From Camelus dromedarius (Eukaryota): 64,000 nt of DNA. The notes below the pieces were generated by a model, which saw only the letters and a program-made list of their open reading frames with translations, did no database searches and was not told the origin of the DNA. Positions 49,286 through 61,243 of this stretch are shown piece after piece; positions within the stretch are counted from its first letter, which is position 1, and each line of letters begins with the position of its first letter. A program made the position numbers and the translations under genes. The stretch spans positions 82,834,001 through 82,898,000 of the forward strand of contig NC_087437.1 of the NCBI RefSeq assembly GCF_036321535.1. Direction: 5' to 3'.

Positions 49286-50773
49286 AAAGAACCAATTGTG
49301 ACTTACAGGTCTCGGGATGTATGAGAAAGATGTAAGATTCAAGAAATAATATTCCATAGGACGTATATCATCATTAGCAACCATTAACTCATCAGTTCAT
49401 ACACATTCCTTCATCTGATTCTCATAACCACCCCATGGAGGTAAGTAAACCTGATATTCCCCATTTTATAAATGAAAGCAATTCAAAAAACTGTTGGGTA
49501 ACATTTCGAAAACATACTTCAAAGAGGCAGAGCTAGGATTGAGTCCAGACCTTTGGACTACAAAAATGCCCCTCGACATAGGGTTCTGTGTGTTAATATT
49601 GATACAAGTGTGCTTGATGTTCCGTGGGTCTGTATCTCTCATCAGTGTGACCTGTTCTCCTGAGATTCTAGCTCTGAGTTACTGCTGCATCTTGTAAGCG
49701 TGGAGACAGACTGTTGGGAATCCAGTGGGCAAAGGGCAGCTTCCTTGTACCTGCCACACTCCCTTCAATTCCCCAAACACATACTGGTTCTGGGAGCTTA
49801 ACCAACACAAATGAAAAGTTCACTCTCTGTTCCTGGCAAAGCGCTTTAAAGTAGGACATGAAGTGGGACTTCCTGTCGCCAGCTGGAATCAGCCAAGGTC
49901 CACAGACTGTGCACCGTTCAGCTCTCAGCAAACATGGCCTGGCCCATTCGACTCCAAGCTTTCACCGCCACCTGGCCAGGCCCGGAGAAGTGACAAACTA
50001 GATCGTGTCCTCCTCTGGGGACAAAACTACAGAGGGGGAGGCTGCTGAGACTGTCCCCCCAGGGACCTCAAGACATGGAAGTATGAGAAAAACAAACTGT
50101 TTTGCTAAGAACCATGAAATCAGCAGACCTGATGAACTCCAGATTTGAAGGGTCTTAGGAAACTAATGAGTAGCAAAATGCACAAGTGCTGTAGAATATC
50201 TAAACACGGAGAGCACGGGAACGCAGGCACCACTGAAAAGAGCCGGGCACCGGCCCTGTCAGGTTATGAAGGAACAACATACACATTCCTACGTGTGTAA
50301 ATTTACTTAGAATTTGATTTGGTAAGTTTTTACACTTTAAATCTTTTAGAAACAGCTTTTTACATGTTTTGAGACTCTTAAGTCCCAAATATTAAAGCGT
50401 TGTGCATAATCAGTGCCCGTTTTGTTACAAAAACAAGAAAATGGAGAGTTTCACAGGTGGCAGGGATGGGGGTGGGGGCAACTGTCCAAGGGGCCCTCCT
50501 AGAGGATTCCCCCCAAAACCTCCAATGTGGACATGACACAATGTGTTCCAGAGATGTTTCTTTTTAAAATCTGTTTGTCTCTGACTAATGAAAGTAACAT
50601 TTCTAGATGCTTTTATATACAAGTTTGACATAAATCCCAATTTCAGGAAGCTACTCTGTCCAGAGTGTTCTGTAACCAGGTGGCATGGGGAAGGTGGGGA
50701 TGCTGGTCAATGTCAAAGCCCTCTCCTCTCAAGGTCAAACCAATCACCATGACTGCTCCACAGCAGGAACAGT

Positions 50774-50775
<2 letters not shown>

Positions 50776-50815
<40 letters not shown>
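50776..50815. repeat. (AC)20 microsatellite
   Basis: Perfect dinucleotide run read directly. Confidence 0.98.
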
Positions 50816-50817
<2 letters not shown>

Positions 50818-52859
50818 GGCTCGCTCAGCTTTTCCTTCCGTAATCCCAGGGTCAGTTTAATGCAAATCAGAGGTGACTCTCCTGACACTGTCTCCGACTT
50901 CCTGCCAGAAAGGGAAGCGAGGCTAGGCAATGGGAGGGAGTGGCTAGGAATGAACAGGATCAAAATAACCCCTCTGTTCCCGTGAGGTAACCTGTGTGGA
51001 TGTGAAGGAGGAATATCTACCATTACGTCAACTAGACTAAACTCTCCCAGGAAAGATGGCCAGAGGCCACTCCCCTGTCAGGCAGCTGAGCAAGTATCCT
51101 GGACCAGGGTCCCTAGCCTGACACCGGGCTGCCTGACTCCAACACCACCTGACTTGCCAGGGCAGGGCCACAAACACAGGCCACCACCGTGTCCCCAGGG
51201 TTCTCATCCTAGAGCCCTAGAGGACACCTGCCCCACAAGCCTCACCTCACCGCACAGTCCCAGACACAGCCAGTCCCAGCATCACTGCTCAGTAATGAAC
51301 TGACAGGCTGAACCCTAGAGTGAGTGTCCCTCGGTGTCATCTGTATCAGGCTGAAACACAGCTGCTCGTCGAGCCCCAGACCATGTGTGGCCAAAAGAGC
51401 ATCATGCAAAGAGAAGCGACCGTCTGTCATATCCCTGGTTCCTGCTCAGACTCAAGGTCCTGAACCTCCTCTCACACCGCCTGCCAAGCCCTCCAGCCAA
51501 GAGAAAAGTGGGAATCCAGGGTGCACACTGATCTCTTTTACAGGAGTCCCAGGGACTCGTTACAGAGAGAGGGTCCTTCCTTCCACCCAGCCTCTCCAGT
51601 CTCCTCTAGCAGGTTCAAGGACTTGGGAAAAATGGAAAGAAATCAGATGGCCACTGCCTCACTCAAGAGAACTCCAGTTCTAAAGATGCTTTACAATTCA
51701 GCGGTCACCACATTTTAAGAATTTCACTTTCTATTTTCTTCTCTGACAGCTTCGTTAGGGGCCGGTGAAAAGAGGGAAGACCCTTCAATTCACTACAGGA
51801 AAAGTTTACTGATGCCTTTAAAAGAAAACCTGGTCCTTGAAATTTTCCTTTTCCTCTTGACAACGGATATTGCAAAGACCCGCACATTTTGCAGAAGATC
51901 ATACCTAACACTATACGTGAGATCTGTAAGAGCAGACTCTCTTGGGGTGTGCCTAAGACTCCTTTTTGGCAATAACGTCTTACCTGCAGCTAGAATTCAC
52001 AGAGCCCCTGTGACTCAGAGAAACATGTAATGGAACAGATACACAATCTGAACCACACGCCTCTGTAACTCACTGTCTCCCTCTCCCCAGTAGGTACCCC
52101 AGTATCACCGAAGGAGTGATCCATTCTCTCCTTGGCTTCACCCACCCTGGCCTGGGTTCCTGGCTCCCCCTGCTTCCTGAAGGTGTGAATCAATAACTTC
52201 CAGTGTCCTTTGGGTGACTGTGTAATTTCACCATGTTTAATGAACACAACTTTCATGCACAAACAGCTGCAGTGAATCGTGAACCCCTAAAGTGTCATTT
52301 ATATTTCTGTATCCTGTAATCGAAAACTTCCTGATTCTCACGCTGTGCATTTTAGAAACTAGTCTGGTTTTCAGATTAAGGGAGACTTTGTGTCTGGAGA
52401 AGTAGATATCTGTTCTTCTTTCCTCCACCGTGGAAACAGGTAGGGAAACACACATGCCTCAAATTGCTCACCCAGAAAACAAAATCATTCGAGAGTGCCT
52501 CAATCTGTTAATGGAAAATCTGGAAAGCTGCTGAAATGGTAATGATAAGAGTTTACACTTCCCCCCAGGGGAAAGGAACATTTCTCATCAAGTCAGGCAA
52601 ATCCGGATGAGTTACTAACTTACGCAAAGTGACTCATCAACACCATCAATATAGAGGAAGTAAACGTGAATTGCTCATTTCAAATGATCTGTGAGCTGTC
52701 TTCTTTTCTGAATGCCTTCTGCCATCCATTTTTCCCTCTAGCAGCCTCATATATATTAAAATACATCACTCAGTCTTCAGTGTAACAACCTCTGGCAGAT
52801 CCCACTGGTCATATTCCAACACCCACTTCCCCTTGAGCCTTGCTGGCAGAGCTCTGCTT

Positions 52860-53692
52860 TCACGAGCCTGACAGAGGTGAATACATTCCTCTGCCAATGG
52901 CTGGCTTAGACGTGGCCAGATATGCCGCCCCTGGGCAATTAGGTATTAGGGAAGTTTGATGCTCTGGAAAAGATGTCACCACCAGCAAGAGAATGGTTTG
53001 AGCAAAACACTTTCGTTTCATCCATCCCTTCCCATCTGCTTTGATGTGGACATGTGATGACATAGGGTTAGGGCAGCTGGAGTCATCTTGCACTGAAGAG
53101 GGAAAGACAGAGCCACCAAGGAGCTGACCTGACATCACTGGGCCACTAACAGGCTCACAGACATAGAAAACAAACATATGGTTACCAGCAGGGGAAGGGA
53201 GTGGGAAACGATAAATTGGGAGTTTGAGATTTGCCGATAGCGAATATATATAAACAAACAACAAGTTCACACTGTATAGCACAGGGAACTATATTCAAGA
53301 TCTTATAGTAACTTATGGTGAATAACAATATGAAAATGAATATACGTATGTTCATGTGTGACTGAAGCAATGCGCTGTACACTGGAAACTGACACAACAT
53401 TATAAACTGGCTATACTTCAATGAAATACATATATCCAATCCCCTAACCAGAGCCACTCCATACAGATGTGCAGGCTGTACACAGGCCAACCACAGATAA
53501 CTACCTCTGAATCACTGGCACACCCTGGGTTTGTGCAATCCGGTCTATGTAGCCATACACAGCCTGCCCTACAAACAGGAACCTGCAGACCTGAACCCAT
53601 GCATCTGTGTGATACAGAAGACAATAAACCTCTGCTTTGTTCAAGCTGCTCTTAGGAAGAGTGTTACCTGCAGCCTGAAAAGCCTCAGTCAA
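52860..53692 (+). mobile_element. MLT1-type MaLR LTR interrupted by later insertions
   Basis: gctggagtcatcttgcactgaag...gacatcactgggccact and 3' end caataaacctctgctttgttcaagc...tgttacctgcagcctgaaaagc. Confidence 0.6.
53150..53435 (+). mobile_element. Truncated L1 3' end (cetartiodactyl-type)
   Basis: ctcacagacatagaaaacaaacatatggttacc...ctgtatagcacagggaactatattcaa...ctatacttcaat; same family as 49021-49285. Confidence 0.88.
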
Positions 53693-54894
53693 ACCCTGTG
53701 CAATGGACTGGGGAAGGAAATCCGACGCTAGTTCTGGCTCCCCCCATTCAGCACCTCTGGGACCCTGGCCTAGTGACCTAACCTCTAGGATCCCAGGTTG
53801 CCCTTTAAGGAAGTAAGGAAATCACTGAGGTCTTGACTGTTGTTGTTCTATGCTGCATGAGGCCATTTCCTGTGGCACGTGCACCATGGTTTCTATCTCT
53901 CTGTCTGCCCAACGTCTGACTACAGTGGCTGCTACAAAACACAGATGTGTCTCTCTTCACTGCATGTGAGTCACTTTGTTGATACAGAATCACAACCTCC
54001 CCTCACCCTCAAGTCTTCCTCCCAGCTGAAAAGGCTGCCTTGTAAAGAAACTGCAAAACAGGAGGATGCCCAGAGCAGTAATGCAGACACAGACATCCTT
54101 TCTTATAGAGCTCAGGCTCTTTTTAATAAATACACTGCTATCCTGAGTTGTCTACAGCCATGCTCCTGCCCTGCCTGGTTGCCAGCCTAACCTGGCTCTG
54201 CTGATGCTGACACAGATTCTGCCTGGGTGAGCACAGAGGCAGCTTTCCTAAATCCTCATCCATTCAGCAAGCAGCTGACTTAACACAGGTGCTTCCATTA
54301 AGTAAGAGCTCTATGTTGAGTTACTCCGTAACCACCTAAGCAGGACTCAAGCGTTCTTCACAGGATCTAGTGTGCTTTCAGAAGAAGACAGTGGTGGTTA
54401 AGGGTGGAGAGCTGGCTCATGTCTTTTAAGTGGGAGCTGAGAATCCGCGATGCAGGGTTTCTGCTCTTCTGGCTGTGGGAGGGTGTGCCTGTGCAGAGGA
54501 GGCAGCCGCAATCCCCGAGACCAGGGTCACGCCGGGGCCGAGGAGCTTCCCAGCCAGCCAGGGAGGGTCAGGACCTCTGGGCCTCAGAACACCAGCACAC
54601 TTTAAGTACTATCTTCTGTCATATAGTTCCCTTAACGTATCCTCAATCACCAGTGAAGTTTATAAAACAGACAAACAGACAAAAAGCCTGGTCACCTTGT
54701 GTGAGCTGTGCTTTGGAGAACAGCAAGGAGTCTGATTCCCCAGAAATCCTGGCGACAGCACACGGAAGAGATGGCAAGAGAACCAGAGTCCTGTCGCTCC
54801 AGATCGCTTTTCGTAGGCGTGGCATCCCAGTGCCCTCTGAACAAAGCGACTAGAAAGGAACCCAGAGGACACCTCAAGCACTCCCCTCCTTTGT

Positions 54895-55410
54895 CAAAAC
54901 TTTCTATTTTGTTAATTGCAATGTAATTCACATACCATAAAAGTCACCCTTTTAAATAATAAAATTCCATGGCTTTAAGCATCTTCACAAAGCTGTGCAA
55001 CAATAACCTCTATCTAATGAGCCAGAACATCTTCATCACCCCACAAAGATACCCCAGTCACTCTCTACCTTCGTCTCCCTGCTCCTCGGGCACAACTGAT
55101 CAACCTTCTATCTCTACACATTTGTCTCGCCTGACCATTTCATATAAATGGAGTCATACCATATGTGGCCTTTTGTGACTGGCTTCTTTCCCTTAGCAGA
55201 ATGTTCTCCAGGTTCATTCGTGCTATAGGGGTGATTCAGTACTGCATTCCTTTTTATGGCTGAATAATATTCCACTGCATGGATATATATATATATTTAA
55301 TTCAACCATTCAGCAGCTGCTGGACACTGGGGTGGCTTCCCCTCTGGGGCCACTATGAATAATGCTGCTGTGAACATGCATGAACAAGTTTTACATGTTC
55401 ATTTGTTTTC
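54895..55410 (-). mobile_element. L1MB-type 3' end, antisense
   Basis: aattcacataccataaaagtcaccctttt...cttcatcacccca...ggctgaataatattccactg...aataatgctgctgtgaacat. Confidence 0.85.
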
Positions 55411-55419
55411 AATTTAAGC

Positions 55420-55625
55420 TTCCTATTTTGAAATAATTCTAGATTCACAGGATGTTGCAGAAATAGTGCTGAGAAGTCCTGTGTACCCTTCTCCCAGTTT
55501 CTTCCAATGGTTGTACTGACTTACCCATTGTATAAAGGTTACACACAACTATTGCATAATGGTTTCACTCACTTAACTATTAACTATTAACTATTAAAAT
55601 TGGCACCAGTATAATGTGCATATAC
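55420..55625 (-). mobile_element. L1MC-type 3' end fragment, antisense
   Basis: ttttgaaataattctagattcacaggatgttgcagaaatag...cctgtgtacccttctcccagtttcttccaatggt. Confidence 0.65.
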
Positions 55626-57689
55626 AGTTCTACCTCCTCTCTTATAAGAAACCAAGCTTCAGAAACTCAGAAACTCGGCCAAGGTCATCAGAGGGCAGTT
55701 ACGACTGCCCTGCTGGCTCCAGTGCCTTTTCCACACATGCTGACCCCGCTGTTCAGCCGGCCCCTGCCCACGAGCTCCCCTGCCCTCCCCGACGAAAGAC
55801 TAAAAACAACCTGCTTTTTAAGCTATCCTCTTCTCTCCTTATAATCACTCCTCTGCTGCCAAAGTCCTAGTCTGAGAGCTAGCTGAGTATCTCCATAAAG
55901 GGAGGAACATGGAAAAAACAAACACAAAAAGGTTACTCTAATAACTTTTTTTTAAATGGTTTGTCTTTTCGAAACTAGTTAGAGGTGGTGGTAGCACAAT
56001 ATTGTGAATAGACTAAATGCCACTGAAATGTTCTCTACAAAATGGTTCACTTTGTTATGTGAATTTCATCTCAATCAAAAAAATAGTTTGTCAACATGTC
56101 TTTGAGACTTCTTCTCTTTCCCATATGCAGGATCAGCTGGCTCTGATGCGGAATCAGAGAGGTCAGTTGGCATATTTACTGTGCATGACCTTCTGAATGA
56201 GAGTTGAGAAAAGAAAAATGTTTTTAGTAGTAACTATTGGGAGAAGATTCTATATAGATCACGAGTCTTTAAGAGAAAAAAACACGTATTTAACATATAT
56301 GTGTTTCAATGAACTTACACATGTACCCTGGAGATGTTTTAGTTTAACTCTGTAAAAGTATTAAAGATCACCTGGTTAAAAAAATGGTTTGAGGTTAAGG
56401 ATAAAGGGAGAAGCTATCTTAAATAATTGTGGGGGGGAGAGGATTTATAGCCCTGGAAACACTAAAGGATATATTAAAAAAAATGCGCTATTCCAGAATT
56501 CTCTTTCCCTTACCTCTTCAGATGATGCTCAGTTTCAGACATTTAATTGTGGAGTCTTTCCTGTCTTTTCTTTGCTCATTAAAATGCAAAGGGAGGAACT
56601 GGAGAACAGTGGAAGACTGGAGACTGCTTAACTCTGAGTCCCATATAACCTCTGGACCTCAGTCATCTCCTCTTTAAAATGAGCAGACTGGACTAGTGAG
56701 CGCCATCCTTCCTGCCTCTGACACTCTCTGTGACTTCACTGCTTTGCTTCTGGGTCTGGCTCTCAGTCCTCACATCTGAGCAGGGACAGGTTAGCTTATG
56801 TAACTGGGATTCTTCAGCGAACAGTTCAGCCGCCACAAAATTCACCCCATCCCAACCTGCTGGACCACTGCTCGGGAAAGAAACCCAGAAAGAAGAGAAA
56901 AGAAAAAGCCCAAGGTTAACCCTCTGTTAAAAACACATGCCAAAAAGACAAATAAAATAATAAAATCAAATGGGGGCTGCAAATGGTACATCGTATGGGT
57001 TCATCTCTTCACAGGGAAAACCGAGAACTCCTGCCACAAAGTTAGGAAGAAAGGTAATTTGCTATGATGAGAATATTTTCCTAACAGATATGATTGGAGG
57101 AAGGAAAGCAAATTATTGTAATTATTACGTGGTGACCAAAAACTTTTGGAAAAGAATAGATTTTTTTTTGAAAGGGAGTGGGAGTGGGGAGCAGTGAGGG
57201 AAGGAAGGAGGGAGAACAAAGAACAGGTGTGGAATTGTCACAATACCGGGGCTCCTTCACACAGGGTGTTACGGACCAACACACACCCTCTGGTTTCCTT
57301 CCCTCTAATTCCGGCCCGAATTCTCCATGGTATTAACTTTAGAAAAAGGCTCTCTCTATCTCACTGAGTTACTTTACTCACATTACCTACGAAGATGGTG
57401 TAAGGAAGACCTCTGTAAGAAAGGCCACTTCAAAATGATTTACCACACTAATGCGTTTCAACTGCCTTCCCAGGATTTCCATCTCCAAGAGAGAAACCAC
57501 GGCTGGCCGCTTCCAGTCCCGAGAGAGGTTGGTAGAGACTTACGTAACTGACTTTAGAATCTTGAATGGGTCCAGGCACAGAAACAGGCGGGGACCAGAG
57601 AGATGGTGGAGAATACTCATGGGGAGACTGCTAGCTGCCCCTCAGTCGTCATGTTTCCTTTGTCCCTGAAAATAGGACTTTTTTTTAAG

Positions 57690-58350
57690 GTGGGCCCACA
57701 GCCACATGGAATAAAGGTTACATTTTCCAGATTTTCCAGTCCACCTTCCAGCGAGGTGTAGCCTTGCAATTATTCCCCTAGCCAATGTGATGTAATTGAT
57801 GGTTGCTGGCAAATTTTTACCAATCAGTCCTCTTTGGGAACAAGTGGGCTGATGGGAAGCCCTGGTTTGCAGTGTTTGCTAATTTCCATGGTATAAATAC
57901 ACCCAACATGGCTAATTTCACGTTTCCATCTTGATGGCACTGAACAGAGTTGGGAAGAGCGGTAGCTCTCACAAGTTGGTACCAACTGGCTCCAGCACAT
58001 CACTGGATGTAATGAAGTGTTCAGTGTGATTTCTAGGAAATGTCCTTAAAGAAGGAGGCAAGTCTTAATGGCTGGGGACATGCCCTTCCCCCTGTGTCCT
58101 CCCTGCTTGCCAGAATGTAGATATGACTTGTGGAAGTCCTACCATCAGACTGGACCACAAGGAGGAATAGCAGAGACACAAAAGAGAAGCCTTGGTCCCT
58201 ATGATGACAGCTGCTAAGCTGGCCTGAGAATGCTTACCCGAGACTTCACTTACACAACAATTGTGAAAAAGAGGAAAACTTGCATCTTGTAAATGCAACT
58301 GATATTTGGAGTTCTCCCATTCACAGTGGAGTCTACCCCAACTGAGGGCA
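57690..58350 (+). mobile_element. MLT1J-like MaLR LTR
   Basis: aataaaggttacattttccag...ccaatgtgatgtaa...tttctaggaaatgtccttaaag...agaagccttggtccct. Confidence 0.6.
57797..58005 (-). mobile_element. MER63-like hAT-Blackjack element nested in the MLT1 LTR
   Basis: Terminus ggctccagcacatcactg; internal gtgtttgctaatttccatggtataaatac; perfect 8-bp TSD gatgtaat (57789-57796, 58006-58013). Confidence 0.8.
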
Positions 58351-60344
58351 TCGTATATGCTGAATAAGTAAAGGACTCAGATTTGAAACAACAAGAAGTG
58401 TCTGAACCTTACTGGAAGAGACAAAGAGGACAGAGGGCGAACAGAACAGCCAAAGGGGGAAGAGACTTGGAAGGGAGGACCTCACCTCTCTCCACTTCAG
58501 CCCGTTCCCTCCGACCTACAGACCCCAGACAGAGAGTGAGGAGCCCATGTCGACAAGGCTTCCCCCCTGGGCACGGGGCACCAGCTCCCGAGTCCACAGT
58601 CAGGGCTGGGCAGACTCCCCACAGGGGAGGTCCAGATCCTCTGCCTGAGAAAGAAAGACTGTTCTCAAACCTCTTTCCTCTAGAGCCTTCTTCCTAGGCA
58701 GAGAGGAGAAATGGGAGATGTAGAAGGTCACCTGAGGGACAAACTGAGTTGACTGAGAGGCAGCAACAGGCAGCTGAGTGTATTCTGTCCTTCTGGAGTT
58801 TACTTAAAATGTATTGCTCAGGCATGGGCTGGCCTGATGTCATCACTGTGTTGTACTGTGGGTTTCAGACCAATGCAGAATGACTTACTTAAAATAAAGG
58901 TAAAATTTACTAGTACATGTGATCTCCTCCTAGAAGTAGTATGTAAATGAAGCTACTACTATCACAAGTATATTTACTTAATTACTTTCAAAATACTCTT
59001 TGTCTAGGGAGCAAGTTTGCACACATCAAACAAGCAGTTCAGCCATGCTGAGAATCTAGAGCATCACTGTGCTCACTCTGAGGGGTAGTTTCCATTCCCT
59101 CTGTACCTGAAGGATTTCTGACTGTACAGTGATGCTACTTCAGTCTCTTGACATCTTCAGACTAAAGAATCCTGGTGCAATCAGCTTGATTTTCAATCCC
59201 TCCTCATCATCCACACCCACCTCCCTCCCGACACTAGTGATGCTAAGAACTGACATGGGTTGATGATATGAGCGATGGAGGCTTGGGTTGGGGGAGCACT
59301 GTCAGTGACAAAGTGGGAAAGGGTGGGGAGCAGCCAGACCAAGTCAGCAAGAAGAGAGGAGACAGCCTGGCTGAAGCACACACATATGATGGTGAACACC
59401 TCTGCAGGAAGGAGCTTGGAAAGCAACTAAATAAAACCCAGGCTAGTTCTGAGATAAAAACCAGGCAAGTATGAAACTTCTGATCACGTACCATCAAGAA
59501 TCCTGACAGCAGCTCACACTTACAGGGCCAAGGATTTTTTTTTCAAATATTTGCAGACACCTGCTGCAAATATCAAAGGTCTAACTATTATCACTCTTAA
59601 AGCAAACATCCAGGCACTAGAGGACCCATCCAGATTCATATCCTGGCTCTGGGATCTAGCAGTTATAAGAAACTACAAATGTTTGCCTAGCCTCAGTTTC
59701 TCAATTTAAAAAAATGGATATCATCAAGTATATTTTGCAGGGTAGTTGTGAAAAATAGAGAGAATTGACATAAAGCACATATGCCAAAGGTCTGCACAAA
59801 ACAATATTCTACAGACAAGAGCTGCATAAACTCTAGTTAGAAAAGAGTATGTATGGTTGCTCTGCGTATGCAAACAGAAATTGAAATTGACTGGGCTGGC
59901 AGCACAGTTTTAAATTATAAAGAGTAAGTACAAACTGAAATGAACCAACGTTATTATATAATCCACTCTTCAATAGTCTGGGCCCCTGACAGAGAAAAAT
60001 GAGATAAACTCAGACAAAATCTAGCACTGCTCCTCCAGCTCTGTTCTGCAAACTGTCTCCATTTTCACACCTCTGGTCACAACCCCGATTTCTGCACCCA
60101 CCAAAGAGCACCTCTGTTCTTGTGGACAAGAGGGAAATTCGGCCATCTCCTTTTTGATGGAGGCCTCTCATCGGCACATCATCCATGTCATCCCACTGGA
60201 CTGGTCAAGTTCTAAACGTAGCTTAAAACTTTGTGAAGTAAGTCTACCTCTGTAAAGTGAGCCTACCTACTAAGAAGTCTGTCTTTGGCAATTCAATTCC
60301 TAGGGGGTTGACACCAAAATGTTCTAAAAACTAAATCGCCTTTT

Positions 60345-60512
60345 TTATTGTTTAAAAAAAAAACAACTTTGGTTTGGTTTGGCTTTTTAGGGGGAGGTAA
60401 TTAGGTTTATTTACTTATTTATTTATTTAGTTTTTGATGGAGGTACTGGGGATTAAACCCAGGACCTCGTGCATGCTAGGCATGCACTCTACCACTGAGC
60501 TATACCCTCCCC
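60345..60512 (-). mobile_element. Full-length Vic-1-type SINE, antisense to +
   Basis: Reverse complement ggggagggtatagctcagtggtagagtgcatgcctagcatgcacgaggtcctgggtttaatccccagtacctcc...aaataaacctaattacctcccc; TSD ctaaatcgcctttt / ctaaattgcctttt. Confidence 0.9.
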
Positions 60513-60833
60513 TTCCTAAATTGCCTTTTGTAGTCAGAAAATTTGTACCTAAGCAAGCTGTTTGCCTCCCTCAAATAAAATTCTTAATAAAAGGAAGAGA
60601 GCTGCTTCTGACACCCAATATTTGACATACAAACAAAAAAGATCCTCATGAGTGAGCAGTTCAGAAGATGTGTGGGAAGGTATGGGAAGCAGCCCATGGA
60701 GGGAGGCTGTGAGCTTATGATTAACAGGGAGTATGAATTCATTCTTCAGCAACAATGACTTAGAAAAGATGAGTGTGGATTAAAAATATCCTGACTTAGG
60801 ACTAGCACAGAGCATCATCAAGACTGCCTGCAT

Positions 60834-60961
60834 AAAAACATATATATATGTATGTATTTGTATAACTGAATCACTTTATTGTACACCTGAAACTAACATC
60901 GTAAACTGACTACACTTCAATTTTTAAAAAAGTAAAAAAAGAAAGAAAGAAAGAAAGAAAA
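60834..60961 (+). mobile_element. Very short L1 3' end with (GAAA)n tail
   Basis: tgtataactgaatcactttattgtacacctgaaactaacat...gactacacttcaat; flanked by aagactgc..ata repeats. Confidence 0.8.
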
Positions 60962-61179
60962 AAGACTGCATACTTTTGAGCCAACCAATTAAGCAACTTC
61001 TAAATTATTTTGTGGTTTGTGGTTTGTTTATTTCAAGTGTCATAGAAATAACTCCTAGGCATTTTAGTTATGCACAAAAGCTGTGGAATCTTCCGGAGTG
61101 AATATATTTACAGTGGGGTGCTTATTTTGAATCACCTTAGCTAAAACTTAAAATAAAAGAAGCAAGGAAACAAACTCAC

Positions 61180-61243
61180 TTGTCAAACTCATCAAAGAGA
61201 TCACAACTCTGCAGTTTTGAAAGAGCAAGTCGAAAATGTTCAG
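61180..61243 (-). CDS. ST3GAL6: ST3GAL6 exon (stem region)
   Basis: ttctag|CT...AA|gtgagt, 64 nt; (A)EHFRLALSKLQSCDLFDEFD(N). Confidence 0.95.

Noticed and set aside
54404..54853. 149-aa ORF and mild CpG enrichment as a CpG island or alternative promoter
   Set aside because: CpG-rich stretch is short and sparse; no homology or splice support visible.
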